A stretch of 64,000 nucleotides of DNA, taken from Thermoleophilaceae bacterium. Its GTDB lineage: Bacteria > Actinomycetota > Thermoleophilia > Solirubrobacterales > Thermoleophilaceae. Shown here in pieces: positions 21,340 through 30,363 of the stretch; positions within the stretch are counted from its first letter, which is position 1, and every line of letters begins with the position of its first letter. A model generated the notes under the pieces. It was not told the origin of the DNA and did no database searches. It saw only the letters and a list, made by a program, of their open reading frames with translations. Made by a program: the position numbers and the translations under genes. The DNA lies in contig DASPHG010000006.1 in NCBI GenBank assembly GCA_035629775.1, forward strand, positions 693 through 64,692, given 5' to 3'.

Positions 21340-22571
21340 GACAGGTCTTTGAAGATACGAAGCCAGTCGCGCAGGAGGCGCGGCGTCAGGAAGTGGGCAC
21401 GCACGTGTTCCTTACCCGCGCGGCCGAGGCGCCTACCCAGCTCCGGGTCGCGCAGGTACTCGAGCGAGCGCTGGGCGCATTCCTCGGGTGAGTTGACGAG
21501 GAAGCCCGTCTCGCCGTCCGTCACCTGGAGCGGGATGCCGCCCACGTCGCCGCCGATGAACGGCCGGGCCTTCCAGAGCGCCTCGGAGACGGTCAGGCCG
21601 AAGCCCTCGCGCGTGGACTTCTGGATCACGACGTCGGCCTGCGACTGGAACGCGTTCACCTCGATCGCGCCCACGTTGTTCAGGTTGTTGAGGATCTTGA
21701 TGTCCGGATCGCCCTGGGCGTGCTCCATCGTCGAGTTGAAGAAGTCCCATCCCTCGGGATCGTCGGTCGCCATCGAGCCGATCAGGGCGAGTTGGACCTC
21801 CGGCATCTCGGCCGTCACCGCGCGGTAGGCGTCGATCACGCCGACCGGGTCCTTCCAGGGGTCGAAGCGCGACACCTGGCAGATGAGCGGACGGTCCACG
21901 TCGATGCCGAACTGATCGCAGACGAACGCCGCGTCCTCCGGCGACAGTGCCATGTTCTTCGGCGACAGAGGGTCGATCGCCGGCGGCACGATGTACGGCG
22001 GGCGTTTCCCGTCGAGCCCCGTCGGCACGTACTGCTCCATGTGGAACAGGAAGGCGTCATGTTCCTGAATGAGGGGCGTGAGCCGCTCGATCGTGCCCGG
22101 ATTCGGCGTCGAGAGGTCGATGTGGCAGCGCCAGACCCAGCTGCCCGCCTTCTCGGGCACGTGCTGGTGGACCCCGGCCGGCTGTGGGTCGTGGACGATC
22201 ACGACGTCCCATCCGCCCTGGAGCTGCTTGGCGTTCATCTCGTTGTAGCTCTCCCACGTGGCCCACTCCGACTCCGAGAGGTCCTGCGGATTCCCCTGGA
22301 GCGCGTTGTGCATCAGCTTCGTCGCGTTGAAGAACTCCTCGCGCCCGAAGATGATCTGCCAGTCGGCGTCGATCCCGACGTCGCGCATGAGCGGGACGAG
22401 CGTGTAGAGGATCTCGGACACGCCGCCGCCGAACGCGGTGGCCGACAGGTGGAGCACCTTCAGGCCGCGGAGCTCCTCGGCCATCGCGCGGATGTCCTCG
22501 ATCAGCGTCCGGCCGGCCAGGTGCGTGTAGTCGGCCAGCGCCTTATGCCCTACGCCAACAGGCTGAAGCAC
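21336..22571 (-). CDS. treT: trehalose glycosyltransferring synthase TreT-like GT4 glycosyltransferase
   Basis: FGGGVSEILYTLVPL...EFFNATKLMHNALQG...WRCHIDLS...QVSRFDPWKDP...DDPEGW...REGFGLTVSEA...DGETGFLV. These match, from memory, the Thermococcus/Pyrococcus TreT motifs. ATGA overlap with otsA. Confidence 0.8.
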   Translation of the reverse strand: MLQPVGVGHKALADYTHLAGRTLIEDIRAMAEELRGLKVLHLSATAFGGGVSEILYTLVPLMRDVGIDADWQIIFGREEFFNATKLMHNALQGNPQDLSESEWATWESYNEMNAKQLQGGWDVVIVHDPQPAGVHQHVPEKAGSWVWRCHIDLSTPNPGTIERLTPLIQEHDAFLFHMEQYVPTGLDGKRPPYIVPPAIDPLSPKNMALSPEDAAFVCDQFGIDVDRPLICQVSRFDPWKDPVGVIDAYRAVTAEMPEVQLALIGSMATDDPEGWDFFNSTMEHAQGDPDIKILNNLNNVGAIEVNAFQSQADVVIQKSTREGFGLTVSEALWKARPFIGGDVGGIPLQVTDGETGFLVNSPEECAQRSLEYLRDPELGRRLGRAGKEHVRAHFLTPRLLRDWLRIFKDLS

Positions 22572-22586
22572 GGGGGTCCTGTCCTC

Positions 22587-22970
22587 CTACGCTTCGAGGG
22601 TTGTCGGGCTCTCCGGCGGCAGGAGCTTGACCAGCCGGACGGACGCCTCGTCGTAGCGGACCTCGTCCACGGTCGCCTCCACGATCGCCCGCGCCAGGGC
22701 ATCCTCGCTCCCGCCGGGCGCGGCGCCGGCGTGCAGGTCCACGACGATTCGGTCGTCCTCGAGTTCGAAGGAGAGCCTCACCGGGCCGTCCGGCGCCCCC
22801 GCGAGGCGCTCCGTAGCGACCTCGCTGACGGCGAGCTTGAGGTCGGCCACGTCATCGGGCTGGAGCGGCGTCAGGCGACAGATCGCGGACAGCGCGAGGC
22901 GCGCCAGGACGATGTAGTCCGGCTTGGGGGGGATCGCCAGGGAAACGCTTCGTGCAGAGGCCTCGGTCAC
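22587..22970 (-). CDS. anti-sigma regulatory factor-like (RsbW/SpoIIAB-type HATPase) protein
   Basis: 127 aa. The pattern PPKPDYIVLARLALSAI...DDVADLKLAVSEVATE resembles the N-terminal half of anti-sigma Ser kinases. Confidence 0.55.
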   Translation of the reverse strand: MTEASARSVSLAIPPKPDYIVLARLALSAICRLTPLQPDDVADLKLAVSEVATERLAGAPDGPVRLSFELEDDRIVVDLHAGAAPGGSEDALARAIVEATVDEVRYDEASVRLVKLLPPESPTTLEA

Positions 22971-22982
22971 CGCGGCGGAAGC

Positions 22983-23885
22983 CTACTGGCGGGTAGCGCG
23001 CAGACGCTCGATGCCGTGCCCGACCCGGGCGATGATCTCCCCGTGGAGCACCGGATTGGCCGCCGCCACGAACGAGGTCTGGTGCTCGGCGCCCGACCCG
23101 AGCAGCGGCAGGTCGTCGAGCGCGCGCCCGCGTGCGTCGGTCACCACCGCCCCGCACTCGCGCAGCAGCGTCCAGGAGCCGGCCAGGTCGTACGGCGGGT
23201 TCGTCAGGAGCGCGCCGCCGCCCACCCGCTCGAACTCCGCGCGTAGCTCGGGCAGCTCCTGGTAGATGAGCGTGCTCGGCTCGACCACCGCGTCGAGCTG
23301 CCCCGTGATCAGGCGCGTCATGTTGAACGCCGACGAGCCGAGGTCGAACACCGATCCGCCGACCGACGAGGCGTCGATCAGGTCGGCGAGGACCTCCGTC
23401 AGCTCGCGCGCCGGGCGGCCGCGGAACCCGAACGCCCAGAACATCCGGTCGACCCGGTCGTTTGCGGACAGCCGCGGCTCGAGCTCGCCCGACATGAAGA
23501 CGCGGCCGGTCTTGATCTCGACGACGCACCCGTGCGTGATGTCGCGAAAGCGCGGCTCGGCGTCGCCGAGCGGTGCCGCGGCGATCGAGACGCAGCACGA
23601 TTCGAGCCCGGCGAGCGCCGGGCGGGTCCCGTCGATCGGGTCCACGACGAGCACGCTGCGCGCCCCGGGGGGAGCCACCAGTCCGCGGTCCTCGGAGTAG
23701 AACGCGACGTCGGGCGCGCGCTCCGCGAGGAATGCGTCGAGCAGCTCCTCGGCGGCGCTGTCGATCGCGAACGTGACGTCGCCGCCCGCCGCCGCACCCG
23801 TATGGGCGCGCTGCGCGTGCGCGCCGAGCAGCGGGAGGACGCACTCCCGCAGCGCGAGCGCGAGCTCGCGCACGAGCTCGCGCAT
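22983..23885 (-). CDS. inositol monophosphatase / FBPase-family phosphatase
   Basis: FYSEDRG...VVDPIDGT metal-binding motifs of the IMPase superfamily. Confidence 0.8.
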   Translation of the reverse strand: MRELVRELALALRECVLPLLGAHAQRAHTGAAAGGDVTFAIDSAAEELLDAFLAERAPDVAFYSEDRGLVAPPGARSVLVVDPIDGTRPALAGLESCCVSIAAAPLGDAEPRFRDITHGCVVEIKTGRVFMSGELEPRLSANDRVDRMFWAFGFRGRPARELTEVLADLIDASSVGGSVFDLGSSAFNMTRLITGQLDAVVEPSTLIYQELPELRAEFERVGGGALLTNPPYDLAGSWTLLRECGAVVTDARGRALDDLPLLGSGAEHQTSFVAAANPVLHGEIIARVGHGIERLRATRQ

Positions 23886-25060
23886 CAGTCGTCTGAGAGG
23901 TCGCGAGGCCGCTCGCCGAGCTCGACCTCGATCGTGCGCCGGTCGCCGCCGCGGATCACGCCCAGCTCGACCGTGTCGCCCGGCTGGAGCAGGCTGACCA
24001 GATCGGCGAGGTCAGCGGTGCTCGTGATGCGCTCGCCGTTCACGGAGACGATCACGTCGCCATCGGCCGCTATGTCCGTCTGGCCCTGGAAGTCGATCCG
24101 CTCGTCGCCCGCGGTCAGGCCGGCCTCGTCCGCCGGGCTGTCCTCGACGACCTCGTCCACGAGTGCGCCGATCTCGACGTCGTGCCCGAGCTTCTCCGCC
24201 AGCTGCGGGTAGAGCGCCTGGGTCGAGACGCCGAGGTAGCCGTATTCCGCCTCGCCGTCCTCGCGGAGCTGATCGAGCGACCGCTGGACGGTGTCGACCG
24301 GCACGGCGAAGCCGACGCCGGCTCCCTCGCCGGTCTCCGTGCGGATCTGGGCGTTGATCCCGACGACGCGCCCGTGCTCGTCGAGCAGCGGACCGCCGGA
24401 GTTGCCGCGGTTGATCGCCGCGTCGGTCTGGATCGCGTCGCCGATGCCGAAGTCGGTGAGCGACTGGATGTCGCGGTCGAGCGCCGAGACGACTCCGACC
24501 GAGAGCGACTGCTCCTCGCCGAACGGGCTGCCGATCGCCGCGACCGGGTCGCCGACCTTGAGATCGTCGAGGTCACCCAGGTCGAGCGGCGTGAGGTCCA
24601 GCCCGCGCGGCTCGATCTTGAGGAGCGCCACGTCCGCGTTCGGGTCCGTCCCGACGATCCGCGCCGGCACGCGGTTGCCGTCGCCGAACTGCACGAACAC
24701 CTGGCGCGCCCGGCTGAGCGCCTGCCCGTTCGTCACGACGTGCGCGTTGGTCGCGATGAATCCCTCGCCGTCGAGCACGAATCCGGAGCCCAGGCCGCCC
24801 TCCTGCTCGCCCAGCAGCCCGCCCCCGCCGTCGAAGAGCGAGATGACCGTGACGACGCCGGGCCCAAGCCTGTCGTAGATTGCGGTCGGGTCGAAGCCGC
24901 CGTTGTCGCCGAGCCCCTCGACCACCTGGACGCGGGTCGTCTCCACCCGCTCGGACCCGCCGCTCGTGGGCTCGGGTGCGTCGTCCTCGTCCTCGCCGAT
25001 CGAGCACCCGCCGCCTACGGCCGCGAGCGCGCAAAGGAGCGCCGCCAGCGGCGCCCTCAC
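23885..25060 (-). CDS. htrA: HtrA/DegP-family serine protease (trypsin-like domain + PDZ), lipoprotein-type signal
   Basis: GTG 25060 (GTGA overlap with the kinase stop). LAAVGGC lipobox, TNAHVV, GNSGGPLL catalytic-Ser motif, and a C-terminal PDZ domain (GDVIVSVNGERI). Confidence 0.9.
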   Translation of the reverse strand: MRAPLAALLCALAAVGGGCSIGEDEDDAPEPTSGGSERVETTRVQVVEGLGDNGGFDPTAIYDRLGPGVVTVISLFDGGGGLLGEQEGGLGSGFVLDGEGFIATNAHVVTNGQALSRARQVFVQFGDGNRVPARIVGTDPNADVALLKIEPRGLDLTPLDLGDLDDLKVGDPVAAIGSPFGEEQSLSVGVVSALDRDIQSLTDFGIGDAIQTDAAINRGNSGGPLLDEHGRVVGINAQIRTETGEGAGVGFAVPVDTVQRSLDQLREDGEAEYGYLGVSTQALYPQLAEKLGHDVEIGALVDEVVEDSPADEAGLTAGDERIDFQGQTDIAADGDVIVSVNGERITSTADLADLVSLLQPGDTVELGVIRGGDRRTIEVELGERPRDLSDD

Positions 25061-26460
25061 GCGTCGCCCATCGGCAGGTCGAGCCGGAAGACCGTGCGGC
25101 CCGGCCGGGACGACAGCGTGATCCCGCCGTCCATCCGCTCGGCCAGCTCGCGAGCGATGGCAAGCCCGAGCCCGGAGCCGCTCGCACCGTCGGCGGTGAA
25201 GAACCGCTCGAAGGCATGCCGCCGCGCGGTCTCGTCGAGCCCCGGACCGGAGTCCGAGACCGCGATTCGCACGTGGCCGTTCTCATGCCGCGCGCTGATC
25301 TCCACGTCGGTGCCGGGCGGCGTGTGGCGGAGTGCGTTGTCGAGCAGGATGCGCATGATCTGGGCGACGCGGTCAGGATCGCAGACGGCCTCCACGCGGC
25401 CGGACTCGATCTCGAGCGAGAGCCGGGCCCCATGCGCGTCGAGCGCCGGCACGAACTCGCGGGCGACCGATCCGGCGAGCTCGGCCACGTCCACGCTCTC
25501 CGCCGCGAGGTCGAGGGAGCCCGCGTCGAGCCGGGACAGGTCGAGCAGGTCGGTCGCCAGCTTCTGAAGCCGCTCGACCTGTTCGGCGACGGCCTGGAGG
25601 AACTCCCGCCGCGCCTCCGCGTCGAGCTCCTCGTCGCGCAACAGCTCCACGAAGCCGCCGAGCGAGAAGATCGGCGTGCGCAGCTCGTGCGAGGCGTTCG
25701 CGATGAACTCGCGGCGCGCGCGGTCCACGCGCTCGAGCTTCCCTTGCATCTCGTTGAACGCGCGCGTCAGCTGACCGAGCTCGTCCTCGGAGTCCACCGG
25801 CAGGGGGGCGACGAAGCGTCCGCCCGCCACCTCCTCGGCCGCGGCCTCGAGCCGCTGGACGCGCCGCGCGAGCCTGCCCGCCACCAAATAGCCGCCGAGC
25901 AGCGCGATGAGCAGGGCGCCCGCGCCCGCCACCAGCACACGCCTGCGGATGAGGTCCACCGTCTCGGTCACGTCCTCGAGGCTGCGCGAGTAAACGGCGA
26001 TCCAGGGCAGGTCGCCGGGCAGCGGCTGCGCCACCTGCGCCGACTCGACATCGAGGAACTCGGTCGTCACGCGGACGGGGCCGCGCCCGTCGTAGGCCGC
26101 CTCGGCGGCCTTGTTCGGAAGCTCCTCGAGCCGCTGCGCCTGGGAGTCGGAGATCGAGTAGAAGAGGACGTCGTCGCCCTCCTGCACCCCGAGCAGCGTC
26201 ACCTGCGCGCCGGCGGTGTCGGCGACCGATCGCACGAGCTCGTCGAGCTCCGCCGCCGGGATCGCCTGCTCCTGGGCGCGCTCGAGCTGCGGCGCCGTCG
26301 CGAGCGCCGCGCGCTCCAGGTCGTCGAGCTGCTGGTCCTCGAGGCTCGAACGAAGCTGCGGCACCACGAGGAGAAAGACGAGCCCGAGCGCCAGCGCGAC
26401 GATCCCGAAGAACAGGAGCGCGAGCTTGTTACGGAGCGACCGGAGTCGCGCGCGGCTCAT
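25057..26460 (-). CDS. sensor histidine kinase (TM-HAMP-HisKA-HATPase)
   Basis: ATG 26460 (ATGA overlap with the regulator stop). H-box FIANASHELRTP, N-box LLDNALRHT and G-box DSGPGL...GSGLGLAI. Confidence 0.9.
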   Translation of the reverse strand: MSRARLRSLRNKLALLFFGIVALALGLVFLLVVPQLRSSLEDQQLDDLERAALATAPQLERAQEQAIPAAELDELVRSVADTAGAQVTLLGVQEGDDVLFYSISDSQAQRLEELPNKAAEAAYDGRGPVRVTTEFLDVESAQVAQPLPGDLPWIAVYSRSLEDVTETVDLIRRRVLVAGAGALLIALLGGYLVAGRLARRVQRLEAAAEEVAGGRFVAPLPVDSEDELGQLTRAFNEMQGKLERVDRARREFIANASHELRTPIFSLGGFVELLRDEELDAEARREFLQAVAEQVERLQKLATDLLDLSRLDAGSLDLAAESVDVAELAGSVAREFVPALDAHGARLSLEIESGRVEAVCDPDRVAQIMRILLDNALRHTPPGTDVEISARHENGHVRIAVSDSGPGLDETARRHAFERFFTADGASGSGLGLAIARELAERMDGGITLSSRPGRTVFRLDLPMGDA

Positions 26461-27149
26461 CCCTCGCGGAAGTGGTAGCCGACGCCGCGGTCCGTGATCA
26501 GGTACTCCGGCTCGCGCGGGTCGGGCTCGATCTTCTCCCTGAGGTGGCGGATGTGCACGTCGATGGTGCGCAGGTCCCGGTAGGCGGAGCTGTCCCACAG
26601 GTGCTCGAGCAGCTCCTCGCGCCGGAAGACCTGGCCGGGGGTGTCGGCCAGGCAGAAGAGGATCTCGAACTCGACCTTCGTCAGGCGGATCGGTTCGCCG
26701 TTCCGCGTGACCGTCCGCTTCGCGCTGTCGATGCGCAGGTCGCCCGCCTCGATCACCTGCTGGCTGCGACCACCTCCCGTGCGGCGAAGGAGAGCGCGGA
26801 TGCGGCTGCGAAGCTCGAGCGGCGAGAAGGGCTTCGTGATGTAGTCGTCGGCGCCGAGCTCGAGGCCATAGATCTTGTCCGACTCGTCGGCCTTTGCGGT
26901 GAGCATGATGATCGGGACGCTGCTCGATTCGCGCAGCTCGCGGCAGACGTCGAGGCCGTTCTTCTTCGGCAGCATCAGGTCGAGCAGGATCAGGTCGAAG
27001 TCGGTCTGGTGGAAGCGCACGAGCGCCTCCTCGCCGTCGAAGGCCGGAACCACCTGGAACTCCTTCTCCAGGTGTGCCACCAGCATCTTCACCACCGATG
27101 GCTCGTCGTCGACGAGAAGAATGCGCGGTCTGGTTGCGGCCATGTCCAT
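26457..27149 (-). CDS. OmpR-family response regulator
   Basis: ILLVDDEPS...DLILLDLMLP receiver domain plus a winged-helix C-terminus ...LTKVEFEIL...IDVHIRHLREKIE...ITDRGVGY. Confidence 0.92.
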   Translation of the reverse strand: MDMAATRPRILLVDDEPSVVKMLVAHLEKEFQVVPAFDGEEALVRFHQTDFDLILLDLMLPKKNGLDVCRELRESSSVPIIMLTAKADESDKIYGLELGADDYITKPFSPLELRSRIRALLRRTGGGRSQQVIEAGDLRIDSAKRTVTRNGEPIRLTKVEFEILFCLADTPGQVFRREELLEHLWDSSAYRDLRTIDVHIRHLREKIEPDPREPEYLITDRGVGYHFREG

Positions 27150-27209
27150 GGTGTTAACCCGCGCGACGTCCTAAAAGGGCGCGTGCAGCCGAAATTGTAG
27201 GTTGGCTGG

Positions 27210-28997
27210 GTGATCGAGCCCCGGATCTACCGCGCGGCCTTCATCCCGGCCGTGCTGGCGGTGGTGCTCGTGATGTTCTCCCTCGAGAACCGGCCCCGGC
27301 CCGTCCCGCAGGGGCTCGCGGCAGACGTGCTGTTCGACGGCGACACGGCGCTGCGCGAGCTGCGCGCAATCGTCGAGCGCCACCCGGACCGGAGTCCCGG
27401 CAGCCTGTCGAGCGCCGCGTTCGCGCGCGACGTCGCAGCCCGCTTCCGCGCGCTCGAGCCCGAGGGGTTCGAGACGGCCGTCGACTCGTGGGAGGAGAAC
27501 GGCGTGCCGCTCGTCAACGTAATCGCGAGCCGGCCGGGCGCGACCCGCGAGCAGATCGTCATCATCGCCGCGCGCGACGCGGAGTCCGTGCCGGATGCCA
27601 CCGGCAGCGCCGGGGACACCGCCGCGCTGCTCGAGCTCGCGCGCGTGATCGCAGGCAGGCCGTCGGAGAAGACGCTGGTGCTGGCATCGGTCGACGGGAG
27701 CACGCTCGGCGACGCCGGCGCGCGCCGGTTTGCCGAGACCGCTCAGGACGGCGACCGGATCGAGGCGGTCGTGGCGCTCTCCAACCTGGCCGCGGCGCGC
27801 TCCGACGGGCCGCTCGTCCTCGCGTGGTCCACCGACGACCGCCGGGGCAGCATCGGGCTCTATCGAACGGCGGCGCAATCCGTCCGCGAGGAGCTCGGCT
27901 CGGAGCCCCCCGAGGAGGGTGCGATCGGGCAGTTCACGCGGCTCGCCTATCCGCTCGGCCTGGGCGCGCAGGGCCCGCTCCTCGCTGACGGGATCGAGGC
28001 GATCCGGATCTCGGGCAGCGGCGAGCTGCCGCCGCCGGTGGACGACCGCGACCTGGAGGACGTGGACGAGGACCGGCTCGGTCTTCTCGGGCGGGCGTCA
28101 CTGCGCCTCGTGAGCGCGCTCGACGGGGCGGCTGACCCGCCCGAGCACGGGCCGCGCTCGTACGTGGCGGTCAGCAGGAAGGTGCTTCCGGGCTGGGTGC
28201 TGGCGTTGCTCGCCGGTGCGCTTCTCCTGCCCGCGCTGGCAGCCTCCGTCGACGCGTTCGCCCGCGCGGGCAGGCGGAAGGAGCACGCCCCGGGGTGGTG
28301 GCGGGCGATCGCGCTCCGGACGATCCCCTTCCTGGCGGCATTTGCGATGGCGGAGCTGCTCGTGGTCGTGGACTGGGCACCCGACGTCGGCGCGGCCCCG
28401 TCAGACCCCGGCCTGCACCCCTTCGACGGCGAGGCCGCGGCGACGCTCGGCGCGTGCGCGGCGACCGCGCTTCTCGTGTGGCTTCTGGTCCGCTCGCGCC
28501 TGCGGAGGTACGCGGAGGCTGCGGCGACCGCCGGCGCGGGCGCGGTCACTGCGCTGGCGCTGGCGGGCCTCACGCTCGCGGTCTGGGTGCTGAACCCGTT
28601 CGCCGCGTTGCTGCTGGTTCCCGCGGTCCACCTCTGGATGCTCGCGATGCTCTCCGGAAGCCGGCTCGGCGCGCGCACCGCGGTCGCGGTCGTCATCGCC
28701 GGCCTCCTGCCTCCCCTGCTTGCCGCCGTCGTCTACCTCGAGCGCCTGTCGCTCGGGCCGGTCGAGGGCCTCTGGTACCTGTGGCTGCTCGTGACCGGGC
28801 ACGCGGTCAGCCCGGTGACCACCCTGCTGGCGTGCGCCTTCGCGGCGGTCGCGGCATCGGCCATCGCGGTCATGGCCGCGCGCGTGGGCACTCCGCCGCC
28901 GCTCGAGCCGGAGGCACCGCGAGTTCGCGGCCCCGGCGGTTACGCGGGCCCCGGGTCGCTCGGCGGGACGCCGTCCTCGCTCACTCCCCGGCCGTAA
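27210..28997 (+). CDS. polytopic membrane protein with an N-terminal M28-peptidase-like (apparently degenerate) domain
   Basis: GTG start. The layout VNVIASRPG...IIAARDAES...GSAGDTAALLELARV...LASVDGSTLGDAGARRF parallels M28 motifs, but several metal ligands are replaced. The C-terminal half has multiple TM helices. Confidence 0.55.
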   Translation: MIEPRIYRAAFIPAVLAVVLVMFSLENRPRPVPQGLAADVLFDGDTALRELRAIVERHPDRSPGSLSSAAFARDVAARFRALEPEGFETAVDSWEENGVPLVNVIASRPGATREQIVIIAARDAESVPDATGSAGDTAALLELARVIAGRPSEKTLVLASVDGSTLGDAGARRFAETAQDGDRIEAVVALSNLAAARSDGPLVLAWSTDDRRGSIGLYRTAAQSVREELGSEPPEEGAIGQFTRLAYPLGLGAQGPLLADGIEAIRISGSGELPPPVDDRDLEDVDEDRLGLLGRASLRLVSALDGAADPPEHGPRSYVAVSRKVLPGWVLALLAGALLLPALAASVDAFARAGRRKEHAPGWWRAIALRTIPFLAAFAMAELLVVVDWAPDVGAAPSDPGLHPFDGEAAATLGACAATALLVWLLVRSRLRRYAEAAATAGAGAVTALALAGLTLAVWVLNPFAALLLVPAVHLWMLAMLSGSRLGARTAVAVVIAGLLPPLLAAVVYLERLSLGPVEGLWYLWLLVTGHAVSPVTTLLACAFAAVAASAIAVMAARVGTPPPLEPEAPRVRGPGGYAGPGSLGGTPSSLTPRP

Positions 28998-29580
28998 CGT
29001 CGCCGCGCAGCACGTCGCGCACCGTCAGGAGCGCGATCTTCAGGTCGAGCCGCAGCGACCAGTTCTCCACGTACCAGTCGTCCCAGCGCACGCGTTCTGC
29101 CAGCGGCGCCGGCCCCTCCAGCCCGCGGAGCTGGCCCCAGCCCGTGATGCCCGGCCTGACGCGGCGCGGGCCATCGTGGTGGCGCAGGTTCGCTCCGAAG
29201 AGCTCGACGAACTCGGGCCGCTCGGGACGCGGGCCGACGAAGCTCATCTCGCCCCGCAGCACGTTCACGAGCTGTGGGAGAAGATCGATCGACAGGTGCC
29301 GGAGGACCGGCACGGGCGCGAACCGGAGCAGGTGGAACGAACCTCCGTCGCGGGCGATGCGCCGCTCGCGTACCAGGACGGGTCCGTCGCCCGCGACCTT
29401 CGCCACGATCGCCGCGGCGAGCATGAGGGGCGCGGCGATCACAAGCGCGACGGCCGCGCCGACGCGGTCGAGCGCGTGCTTGTACGCGAGGCTGCGCACG
29501 CGCGCCTCGGGGGCCGGCGGCGGGGCCGCCGGAGGGGGTTCGATCCGTTGAAACGACGGCGTGCGCCCGGGAGAGGCCAT
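28981..29580 (-). CDS. small (monotopic) polyprenyl-phosphate sugar-phosphate transferase (bacterial sugar transferase family)
   Basis: LDRVGAAVALVIAAPLML...DLLPQLVNVLRGEMSFVGPRPERPEF...RPGITGWGQL. GTG 29499 is an alternative start. Confidence 0.85.
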   Translation of the reverse strand: MASPGRTPSFQRIEPPPAAPPPAPEARVRSLAYKHALDRVGAAVALVIAAPLMLAAAIVAKVAGDGPVLVRERRIARDGGSFHLLRFAPVPVLRHLSIDLLPQLVNVLRGEMSFVGPRPERPEFVELFGANLRHHDGPRRVRPGITGWGQLRGLEGPAPLAERVRWDDWYVENWSLRLDLKIALLTVRDVLRGDVTAGE

Positions 29581-29588
29581 CGCTTGCG

Positions 29589-30299
29589 ATGTCGGCAGCC
29601 CCCGGCCCGAGGTTTAAGGTCGGGGGGGTGGCGCGGACGCTACTCAGGCAGCTCTCGACGATCCTCATCCTCGCCGGCCTCATGCTGCTGGCCGACGTCG
29701 GCGTCACGCTGCTCTGGCAGGAGCCGGTCTCGGCGGTGTACGCCGAGTGGCGCCAGGAGGCCCTCGCGGATGACCTGGAGGAGCTCAGCACGCCGAGGCT
29801 CGACCCGGCCGAGCTCGAAGCGCTCGAGCGCCTTCCGCTGGACACGGACCGTGCGGCGTTCCTGGCGCGCGCGCTCGAGCGGCGCACCGAGCCGGGTGAC
29901 GCCGTGGGCCGCATCCGGATCCCCGAGGTGGGGGCGAGCACGGTGATCGTGGAGGGGACCGACAGCGGCTCGCTGCGCGAGGGTCCCGGCCACTACCCGG
30001 AGACCCCCCTTCCCGGAATCCGCGGCACCGTCGCGGTCGCCGGACACCGCACGACCTATGGGGCGCCCTTCCGCGACCTCGACAAGCTCGAGGAGCGGGA
30101 CGAGGTCGTCGTAGAGATGCCCTACGGGCGCTTCATCTACGCAGTCGAGCGTGAGGAGATCGTAGATCCGAGCGCCGTCTGGGTCACCCGTCGGGTGGGT
30201 CATGACCGGCTCGTGCTGACGGCGTGCCACCCGAAGTACAGCGCGGCGCAGCGGATCGTGATTTTCGCGCGCCTGCTGCGCGCGGAGCACGTCGCCTAG
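29589..30299 (+). CDS. sortase (class E-like)
   Basis: TM anchor, ...GPGHYPETPLPG...VAVAGHRTTYGAPF...LVLTACHP (the TLxTC Cys motif). GTG 29628, preceded by AAGGTCGGGGGG, is an alternative and perhaps better start. Confidence 0.85.
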   Translation: MSAAPGPRFKVGGVARTLLRQLSTILILAGLMLLADVGVTLLWQEPVSAVYAEWRQEALADDLEELSTPRLDPAELEALERLPLDTDRAAFLARALERRTEPGDAVGRIRIPEVGASTVIVEGTDSGSLREGPGHYPETPLPGIRGTVAVAGHRTTYGAPFRDLDKLEERDEVVVEMPYGRFIYAVEREEIVDPSAVWVTRRVGHDRLVLTACHPKYSAAQRIVIFARLLRAEHVA

Positions 30300-30363
30300 A
30301 CATCAGTTCGAATTTCGTGCGTCCACTCTCCCGATACCGGGCCCGGCCTCCGATCCTGGTGGC

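Noticed and set aside
19936-21828. 630-aa plus-strand ORF antisense to otsA/treT. There are similar long shadow ORFs at 24182-25567, 24880-26478, 34819-37422, 34685-36826, 47946-49703 and 55212-57011.
   Set aside because: All lie opposite to, or out of frame with, genes carrying clear family motifs. Their products are dominated by R, P, A, G, D and E with no motifs. They are GC-driven open frames, not genes.
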